Origin: Nemertoderma westbladi | Lineage: Eukaryota; Animalia; Xenacoelomorpha | Assembly: GCA_032718475.1 (NCBI GenBank) | Contig: JAUCBJ010005534.1 | Coordinates: 1 to 34,698 of the forward strand | DNA length: 34,698 bases | Reading direction: 5' to 3' | In this document: positions 23,570-34,698 of the stretch, in pieces | How the letters are laid out: each line of letters opens with the position of its first letter | How positions within the stretch are numbered: the stretch's first letter is position 1 | Program-made: the position numbers and the translations under genes | The notes under the pieces: model-generated | Databases searched by the model: none | What the model was told of the DNA's origin: nothing | What the model saw: the letters and a program-made list of their open reading frames with translations, nothing else

Positions 23570-23853
23570 CCATTTGTTTGAGGTAAAGGAGCAGGTTACA
23601 TAGGCAGGCTTTTCTAACCAAAACAATAAACGGCCACTTTACCTATTGTGGGAAAGGATCAGGTTGCAGAGGCGGGCTTTTCTAACCAAAACAATAAACG
23701 ATCACTTCAGCAAACACCAAAACAATAAAGATCTGCAATTTGTAACAATAAAGAGCCACTTTACCAATTGAGGGAAAGGAGCAAGTTAAAATGTTACAGA
23801 GGCGGGCTTTTCTAACCATAACAATAAAGGATCACTTTACTAATTGAGGGAAA
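23570..23853. repeat. ~70-bp tandem repeat, also dispersed elsewhere in the window
   Basis: GGAAAGGAGCAGGTTACA...CTAACCAAAACAATAAAC x3-4. Single copies at ~11578, ~14431 and inverted at ~19770..19845. Confidence 0.85.
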
Positions 23854-24284
23854 CCATACTGCCATATGGTCAGACAAAATTGTAAAAAGCGTTTCATAAA
23901 AATAAGCGGTATATTATACATAAATAATGTCTGAATGTGTTTTAAGGGACGATCAGACGGTCCCCAAAGTAACAATACCCGCAGTAGTTGGGGGTATAGT
24001 TATTACAGTACTGACCTGCCGGTACTGCAGTGCAGCCAACATGAGTCTGTGGTCTGAGACTACCACTACATCTAATAGAAGCTGTTGTCAGGTTGTGTTT
24101 ATAATACCTGAATACACCTGTACACCAATCTGCCAATACTGGTGAACTGGTAAAATAAATAACAGTTGACAGTAATAGGCCTACTGCAGTTGTTAAAAAT
24201 TCAGTGCCCCTGAAACCGGAGAGTCCGAGTTGCGGTAAATTGCGGTTAGTTACGATAAATTGCGGTTTTAAATAGGACCGCCCC

Positions 24285-24486
24285 AAGTTCTGAAGTTGTA
24301 TTTTAAGAAAAAGTTGAATTTTAAACCCTCCTAGTCCTTGGTCCTAGGCCTAGCCTACAATAATTATAATCTTTATCATACCTAGTCCCATAAGCTAAGC
24401 AGATAAGTTAAATTTTAAAAAATTTTAATTTTAAAAAATAAAGTTGAAATTTCAACTCAGTCGAAAATATAACTTCTACCCGACTG
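24285..24486. mobile_element. Orphan right end of the CAGTCGG TIR family
   Basis: Matches 20290..20416 and ends AACTTCTACCCGACTG. Confidence 0.8.
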
Positions 24487-24519
24487 TTCTACAGATCCAC
24501 ACATCTGTATTTACTGCCG

Positions 24520-25400
24520 GACATGTCCCAGTAGCTACTGTTCGTATTCGTAACATTATTTTACCATGGGTTAAAGAAGCGATACATTTGGGAAACATTT
24601 TTGATTTTGAGGGCAAATTCTATAAAGATATTTTAAGTAAAAGAGGTAAATTTATAGGTAAATTGAATTGTATTAGACGTGAATTTAGCTTTGCTCATCC
24701 ACACAGTATCTGTAAAATTCAGCGCATTTTTGCTACAAGTTTCTACGGTAGTAATCTATGGGATATTTGGAGTGATAGTTGTCATAAGCTGATTACTAGT
24801 TGGAATATTAACTTTCGTTTAACCTGGAAATTACCTTACAATACACACAGATTTTTTGTTGAGGGGCTTTCAGATTTTCCGTATCCTATGACGATGTTAT
24901 GCAGCCGCTTTGTTAATTTTGCCACATCAATTTCTAATTGCGCAAAACCTAGTATTCGTTTTCTTGCAAATCTTACATTATACGACTGTAGGTCGATTAG
25001 TGGTACGAATCTTAAGCGGATCGCTAATAAATGTAATGTAGCTATTCATTGTGTGACAGCGAAAATGTGCAATAATATTTCTTGGTTTGTAAATGATTCT
25101 AATTTACCATATATTAACCTTTGTCGTGAATTGGTCAATTGTAAACATGGGGAGGACGATTTATTCGTACCAGGTTTCTCCACAGAGGAACTTAATAATA
25201 TTTTAAATTATATATGTGCTTCGTAACCTTTAGAAATAATCCCGAAATTATAATTTAAATAGGATTTTTCAATTTTTCATATGTGATACGACGATTGTAA
25301 ATGTATATCGATTTGATCTAATTTGTAATTATTGTAAACACTTTGTAACTATTTACTAGTTGAACTAGGCGATCGTTAAATTGATATTTAGTTGTACTAC
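24520..25400 (+). mobile_element. 5'-truncated non-LTR retrotransposon: ORF2 C-terminus (stop 25226) plus 3' UTR, clade uncertain
   Basis: LPWVKEAIHLGN, KRGKFIGKLN, TSFYGSNLWD and WKLPYNTH are post-RT motifs of invertebrate LINEs. Confidence 0.8.
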
Positions 25401-25618
25401 GTAATTAGCATTATATATATATTCAATATTGTACTACAGTAGTTAGTTAGGCTCATATTCATATTCTTGTGCTTTTCCACTATGTATGCTGTACTATTAG
25501 TTGATGTAATGCAATTTAATATGTACGAAATAAATAAATAAATAAATAAAATAAATAAATTGCAGATTGGTTGGTTTTTCACTCTATAGACTATCTATTG
25601 TATTGTAACTTCAAGTGA

Positions 25619-28159
<2,541 letters not shown>

Positions 28160-29008
28160 GTCGAGCAATACTACCAACGGGCGCTGGTAATATACTGCAA
28201 GACACTGGGTTCCGACGACCCAAACGTAGCAAAGACCAAGAACAACCTGGCGTCGGCGTACATGAAGCAGGGCAAGTTGGCCGAGGCGGAGGACTTGTAC
28301 CGGGAGGTTCTGCACCGCAGTATCGACGCGCAGACCCGACACGAGGCCGGGGAGGAGGAGGGCAGACAGGGGAGCGTGTCGAGTCCCTACGAGGAGTACG
28401 GGATGTGGCACAAAGCCGCCAAGGTGGACAGCCCCACGGTCACATCGACGCTGCGCAATCTCAGCGCCCTCTATCGGCGGCAAGGGAGAACGGCGGCGGC
28501 GGGGTCGTTGGAAGCCATCGCGAACGGGACGCACAGCTGGGACGCGGGTCGGTTGGGACGGATTAAGGACGTGTTGGACAGGTCGGAGTCGACCACGCCG
28601 GTGCGGAACGGGGGGCCGCCGCCGCGGGTGGTGGTCTACCACGGGGGGGAGGAGGAGGACTGCAGCATCGGGGGGACGGCGGACTGGCGCTCGGTAGGGG
28701 ACGGGGCCCTCCAGCGGAGCGGTTCCTTCTCGCGGATCCGCCAGTCCATCCGCCGCTCGATAAAGTTCGTGAAGGCGATCCGAGGCGGGGCTCCCGTGCT
28801 GGAGAGCTCCGGGGAGGGGCCAGCCGCCGCCCCCGTCCCCTCCAACTTTATGAAGCGGGCCAGTTCGCTGTCCTCCGTCCTCTCCCCCGGAGTGGCGGCG
28901 CACGGTGGCGGCGCGCCACACAGACGGATGTCTGCCGGTCTCGCCGTAAACACCATCGGCCATTCCATCAGCAGTAACGATATCGGAAGGAGTCAAACTG
29001 CGAACTAA
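28160..29008 (+). CDS. Klc: Kinesin light chain, coding exon 2 (TPR4-6 and C-terminal tail)
   Basis: VEQYYQRAL..DDPNVAKTKNNLASAYMKQGK, YEEYGMWHKAAKVDSPTV, LQRSGSFSRIRQSIRRS, MKRASSLS. Stop TAA at 29006..29008. Confidence 0.97.
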   Translation, partial: VEQYYQRALVIYCKTLGSDDPNVAKTKNNLASAYMKQGKLAEAEDLYREVLHRSIDAQTRHEAGEEEGRQGSVSSPYEEYGMWHKAAKVDSPTVTSTLRNLSALYRRQGRTAAAGSLEAIANGTHSWDAGRLGRIKDVLDRSESTTPVRNGGPPPRVVVYHGGEEEDCSIGGTADWRSVGDGALQRSGSFSRIRQSIRRSIKFVKAIRGGAPVLESSGEGPAAAPVPSNFMKRASSLSSVLSPGVAAHGGGAPHRRMSAGLAVNTIGHSISSNDIGRSQTAN

Positions 29009-30034
29009 ATTCGGTTATATACCGGTACTACGTCGGAGTAATTATTGGGTGAGTGCGTTAATTATTAGTTCGGTATTTATAGTGCCACAGTGTCCGAGTG
29101 GATGCAGCGGCTGAACTTAACTCAATCAGCGGTACAATGGGAACCTTGGGGTGTAAATATGGGATTGGTTAGTTATGGCGTGTTTATCACCCTTGGGAGT
29201 TAGTGTGACGCCTCCTTGCCTTACAGGTAACAGCCAAGAGAGTGGGTGCGTCCTTCGGTTTACTGTGTTTGATGCTGAGTTGTCCATTACAAACAATATT
29301 AATATCCGTTATTATAACTACACTAACTATTTATTACTAATGAACATTTATATTCCCCATAACAGGAAACCATTCCGAAGAAATGTTGCTATGGAAACAT
29401 TCACCACGATTTTAACCTCACTCGCTTTCTATTAGACCACCACTATGCCAGACCACCGCAGTATTTTAGTTCGTTCACAACCATTCAATAGGTTCCGCAC
29501 TCTGTGTGTGTGTGGGGGGGGGGGGGGGGGGGGGGGTGTCTTCTCAACCAATATAGGTAAGTAACTGAGAGAGGGTACACTATGGTTGTTATTAGTAAAG
29601 GGTAATTTAATATAATTTTATTCGTGGCGAATTTTGCACATATTGTTGGGTGAAAATCATGCAATAGGCCTGTCTGCGCCAGTCATGGTTATATGCATTT
29701 ATCCAACAGTTTGCAATTAATATTATTTTGTAAATATAATTTTTATTTTCATTATAAAACTTATAACCTTAATAATTAATACTTGATTTTCGTAGGCCAG
29801 TCATTCGTTAATTGTTTTTTAAATTGATTTCTTAATATTGTAAATTTGTGCTTTTTTGGTCGAATTTAAATGTAATTTAATGTATAATTTAGGGAGAATG
29901 TTATTTTTTTGTAATATCAACTGAATAATTACCATCTGAGTATATTTTTACTACACAATATGCTTATAACGCTAAACCATATTGTTTTTGCATTGGTTTC
30001 CTTTGTTATTATTGCTGGTAAGAAAGGCAAGTGT

Positions 30035-30076
30035 AATAAATGTCTGTCTGTACACAATAAATGTCTGTCTGTACAC
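30035..30076 (+). promoter_or_regulatory. Candidate polyadenylation signal (AATAAA within a 21-bp tandem duplication)
   Basis: AATAAATGTCTGTCTGTACAC x2 at the end of a U-rich stretch ~1 kb after the Klc stop. Confidence 0.35.
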
Positions 30077-31162
30077 ACTAGTTCTTAATTAATATCAACC
30101 CAGGTGCAGTTTATTGAAGTAAGTGCTATTACGTTAACTTCTTATTATTCGTGACTTCCCCTTAAATGCCTCCCTAAGTAGGTTACAAGAGATTTACGTT
30201 GCCTAGGCTACATGTCCGACGCCGTGGCAACCCTGTATTTGACTTGTTTTTGGTTTTTCTTGTTGTTGTTCTGGTTATAACTCGGTATAGCGCGGGAGCT
30301 AAGATGCGAGAGGACTTGGTTCGATAGCGGATCTGGTATTTTTATTTAAACTAAAATTCCGATTTAAAGTTTCGCCGTTTCGTTTACAGCCCAATTAGCT
30401 TGCAACGCAGGCTTTTCTACCCTTTTTAAATTCATTTCATTTACGTTATTTGTTATTTATTTTTTCCTTATTTATCTGCTTATAAAGCCAGATTATTTCA
30501 CTAACGTTTACCTGAACCGCAGACAATTTCCACGCCATTCTTACTAGTAAAACATTTCGTTAAAATATCATTATTATTTGACAATTATTGTAGAACTAAT
30601 ATAAATTATTTAACATAATAATATCAATATTATGTTTACAGAGCGCAACTTAATAATACTTATTGACTATCTGCGTTGATTAATATTCTTTAAAATAAAT
30701 TTTATATTATTTGTTTATTAAAAATCGTTCAGCTACAGAACTATTCCAACATCTACGTCCAATCGATAAAGTAATTTCAATGCGAATGTTTTTAATATTT
30801 AATGGAAATGTAATGTATGTTTATGTAAATACTATTAAGTATATTTTAGCGTCCGCTGTATGATTAGCATTCTCTTAAAATAATTTATTTCTCAATAGGA
30901 TTTTAAATTATCTATGATTTACTAATTATTAAAGTTATTTCGTTAATAAACTCAATAATATAGATAAATATTGTTCATTATTAGTTACCCCTGAACCCCA
31001 GAAATATATATTATAATATAGTTATTATTATAGTTATTATATTATAGTTTAAGTTAGTTCATATTCAATAATGATTTGAAATTTATACATTTCTAAAGTC
31101 TATTTATTTCATATTATTCCAAAATTCAAACATACTTAAATTAATAACGCTGTATTTGCAGC

Positions 31163-32471
31163 ATACCAGTACCACTACGTGACACCGCTACCAGTATACC
31201 ACTGCGTGACACCGCTACAAGTACCACTGCGTGAGACCGCTACCTGTATCAAACTGTGACACCGCTACAAGTATGCCACTGCGTGACACCGCTACCTGTA
31301 CCACAGTGTGACACCGCTACCTGGACAACTGCGTGACACCGCTACCAGTACCACTGCGTGACACCGCTACCAGTACCACTGCGTGACACCGCTACCAGTA
31401 CCACTGCGTGACACCGCTACCTGGACAACTGCGTGACACCGCTACCAGTACCACTTCGTGACACCGCTACAAGTACCACTGCGTGAGACCGCTACCTGTA
31501 CCACAGTGTGACACCGCTACCTGGACAACTGCGTGACACCGCTACCAGTACCACTGCGTGACACCGCTACAAGTACCACTTCGTGATACCGCTACCAGTA
31601 CCACTGCGTGACACCGCTACCTGTACCACAGTGTGATACCGCTACCTGGACAACTGCGTGACACCGCTACCAGTACCACTGCGTGACACCGCTAGCAGAA
31701 TGCCACTAGTAATGCAGTACCGCTGCGTGACACCACTACCAGTTCCACTGCGTGACACCGCTACCAGTACTACTGCGTGACACCACTACCAGTACCACTC
31801 GTGACACCGCTACCAGTACTACAGCATGACACCACTACCAGTACCTCTGCGTGACACCACTACCAGTACCATTGCGTGACACCGCTACCAGTGCCACTGT
31901 GTGACACCACTACCAGTACCACTGCGTGACACCGCTAGCTGAATCACAGTGTGACACCGCTACCGGTACCACTGCGTGACACCACTACCAGTACCACTGC
32001 GTGACACCGCTACCAGTACCGCTGCGTGATACCACTACCAGTTCCACTGCGTGACACCGCTACCAGTACTACTGCGTGATACCACTACCAGTACCACTTC
32101 GTGACACCACTACCAGTACCACTGCGTGACACCGTTACCAGTACCACTGCGTGACACCACTACCAGTACCACTGCGTTACACCGCTACCAGTACCGCTGC
32201 GTGACACCACTACCAGTTCCTCTGCGTGACACCGCTACCAGTACTACTGCGTGACACCACTACCAGTACCACTCGTGACATCGCTACCAGTACTACAGCA
32301 TGACACCACTACCAGTACCTCTGCGTGACACCACTACCAGTACCACTGCGTGACACCGCTACCAGTGCCACTGTGTGACACCACTACCAGTACCACTGCG
32401 TGACACCGCTAGCTGAATCACAGTGTGACACCGCTACCGGTACCACTGCGTGACACCACTACAAGTACCAC
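31163..32471. repeat. 25-bp satellite (CCAGTACCACTGCGTGACACCGCTA), ~52 copies
   Basis: Directly visible head-to-tail array without spacers. Confidence 0.97.
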
Positions 32472-33799
32472 GTACTGCAATCTGAACCTGATTAATTTTA
32501 TTAAAATTATGTCCAAACTTTTCCTACTTCTATGTTCTGCCAATTTATATTTGAAAAATTGAGAAATAACTCCATAAATATCACACCTTCTTCCTTATTT
32601 ATGACATCAAAAGTTTAATTTGCTTTTATTTTATCAGCACTCAACTGTTTCGTAATGTTACAATGTTGAAATTAAACTAAAGGATTGGATGGAACGACAT
32701 GCCGACTTAAGGGGATTTGTGTTCTGCGTCTGTGTTCTAGCTAAATACGTTGAAAAATAGCCTAAAGCTCGAAATCGATAGGTTGAATCCAATCCTTGTA
32801 TCTTTATTTTATTTCACTCACTATACTATACCACATTCGTGACGTGTTACAGTCGTGTTACAGTAACAGTTACTCAATGCAACTAAAATACACAAGTTTT
32901 ACATTTTTATTATTTTCTGTAATAAAATACAGCGCCAAAAGTTAATTCACTGGTAAAAAAAAAATGGTTGCGTAACAACCCTGAGAGACTATAATATGAC
33001 TAAGTCGATAAAAACGTAATTTGTATCGACTATATCAATAGCCTTTGCGGATCTTGCATTCAAAACCATAGGAAAACATTCTCTAATTGGCACATTCTCT
33101 CCTACTCTTACAGGTCAGCCAGCACCATATTTTTTAATGCACATTTTTAAATATAGGATTTTTTTCTAGTTTCTAGTCCCATTTTCTAGTTTAACCATTG
33201 TTTCCAATTTTGTCGATTTAATTTGTTACACAAATCGTATTATTGTACAACAGTTTTGATTTAATTTTTCTTCACAGTACCATCTCACCGATAAATATTT
33301 TAGCCACTATTCAATTGATTTATAATTTGTAAATGAATATTGTTGGGCTATTTTTGTGCAATCTTTGTGAATCTATCAGTGGTTTATTGTTATTTGTTGG
33401 TTAATTTGCTGTCAGTATTTTGATAAATAATTTTATTATTCACGGGGTTAACTTAACTTATAATTTTAAAACTTATTGTACAAATCGAATCTGGTGTTTG
33501 TTTTAATAATTTAGATATTTATAATACTTACGTCATAATAATTTATATTAAAAATGGAGTTGACCACCAACAACTGCCACAGTGACATGTAATAATAATA
33601 CTATATTTTGTTCCATGCAATTGGCTGGGAGACAAGGGACATCAATGTAAATAACCCATTTCGGCAAAAATTAAATTTGTATAAAATTGAAATTTTTATT
33701 CGATACCCTTTCATTGTCGATTTCCCGAAATATTGTGTAACAATTATAGATAAATTAAATATACAATGTATTACAATTATTATTGTGTAAATAAATATA

Positions 33800-34027
33800 A
33801 CTTATGCCTGTTCACAACCATGGGTGATCTTCCACAGTAAACCCTTACACTCTGATTCCCAAGTTGCCTTGGTTCCCATTTATCGACCACTGAAGGAGGA
33901 AAGCCGGGGTTGGGCTAGGCTGCAGCATTTAAAGCACTGTGCCCAAACAGTACTGCCCCATGTAGGGATCGAACCAGGGCTCCCTAATCGGAAGCCCAGT
34001 AATGTCACCACTAGACCAAGCTGCTGC
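33800..34027 (-). mobile_element. tRNA-derived SINE with a Nin/Deu-like central domain
   Basis: Minus-strand A box TGGTCTAGTGG (34008..34018) and B box GGTTCGATCCC (33965..33975), then GCCCAACCCCGGCTTTCCTCCTTCAGTGGTCGATAAATGGGAACC. Confidence 0.8.
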
Positions 34028-34194
34028 TTATATACTGTTACACATAATACTGTTATAAAAGAGAGCAATTATTGAATTATTATATAAATAGTAGATGTAA
34101 ATAAAAATAGTAGTAGAATTATAAGTATTTAAACTGATTATTTTAGACAAATGCAACAAATTAACTGAATCATTTCAATGTTGTTGTACAAACA

Positions 34195-34240
34195 TTTAAA
34201 GAGTTTCACAAGGGGGTGTTGTCAGGAAACTTCACGTTAA

Positions 34241-34272
<32 letters not shown>

Positions 34273-34698
34273 GGGGTATACCCCCCCTCATGTAAAATTT
34301 TCAAATTATTGTTTCTTTATTTCACCTTGAGCAGAATTTAATGAGGATTACAAATCTGTAAACGCTTAGTGAGACCTCTTTCAGTTCTCGAGTTATCACT
34401 GTTTTTCCGTATCACGATCTGTCCGTCAAATTGTAAGAAAGACAGAAGACCGACAGACAGACAGATACACTAGATTCCACCAAAATTTAAAACTGAAATC
34501 AACGACCCCGAAAACCCCAGTAATGAACATTTTAGCTCGTTGGTGTGCATCCTTCGTGCCAGAAATAATCAACCACAGTCAGCCAATTTTGGCGGGACGG
34601 TTTAAACTTTGAAGGGCATTTTCTCGGAATGACATTTTTAATTTTCAAATTGCTACTCCTCCGTCATATCTCAACCAATTTTCTTCGTTTATGGCTCA
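34195..34698. mobile_element. Possible Helentron/DINE-like non-autonomous repeat
   Basis: GGGGTATACCCC palindrome, TTCTCGAGTTATC, (CAGA)n microsatellite, CGACCCCGAAAACCCC. Resemblance only. Confidence 0.35.

Noticed and set aside
24444-24520. N-terminus of the 260-aa ORF
   Set aside because: It is read through a DNA-transposon TIR ending at 24486. Only the downstream part is LINE ORF2.
30270-30340. tRNA gene
   Set aside because: Only degenerate A/B-box-like motifs, with no acceptor stem or cloverleaf. At most an old SINE or TE remnant.
31163-32471. CRISPR-like array
   Set aside because: Head-to-tail monomers with no unique spacers, no cas genes, and a eukaryotic context.
30177-33033. TIR element enclosing the 25-bp satellite
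   Set aside because: The end similarity (TAG...ACA...ATTACGTT) is too weak and no TSD is evident.

Overview
AT-rich animal (probably invertebrate) nuclear DNA. The only host gene is a two-exon kinesin light chain (Klc, 25640..26692 + 28160..29008, ~633 aa). The 25 kb upstream is a pile of nested transposons: three copies of a TG...CA LTR family (1..387, 1767..3053, inverted 5208..6322), an IS3EU-type DNA element with both TIRs and a 6-bp TSD (4301..8201), hAT, MULE-like and CMC/EnSpm-like non-autonomous elements with readable TSDs, and decayed LINE fragments. Downstream are a 25-bp satellite and a tRNA-derived SINE. The most interesting signal is in the LTR family. Its 3' portion keeps an RNA secondary structure with compensatory base-pair changes across three divergent copies. 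It also has a conserved splice donor and sits next to an intact triple zinc-knuckle, Arg/Lys-tailed ORF in the 3' (pre-PPT) position. This is a candidate Rev/Rex-like accessory protein plus response-element system (hypothesis). The non-coding DNA is also strewn with TA-flanked palindromic scars resembling transposon excision footprints. All alignments and counts were done by eye.
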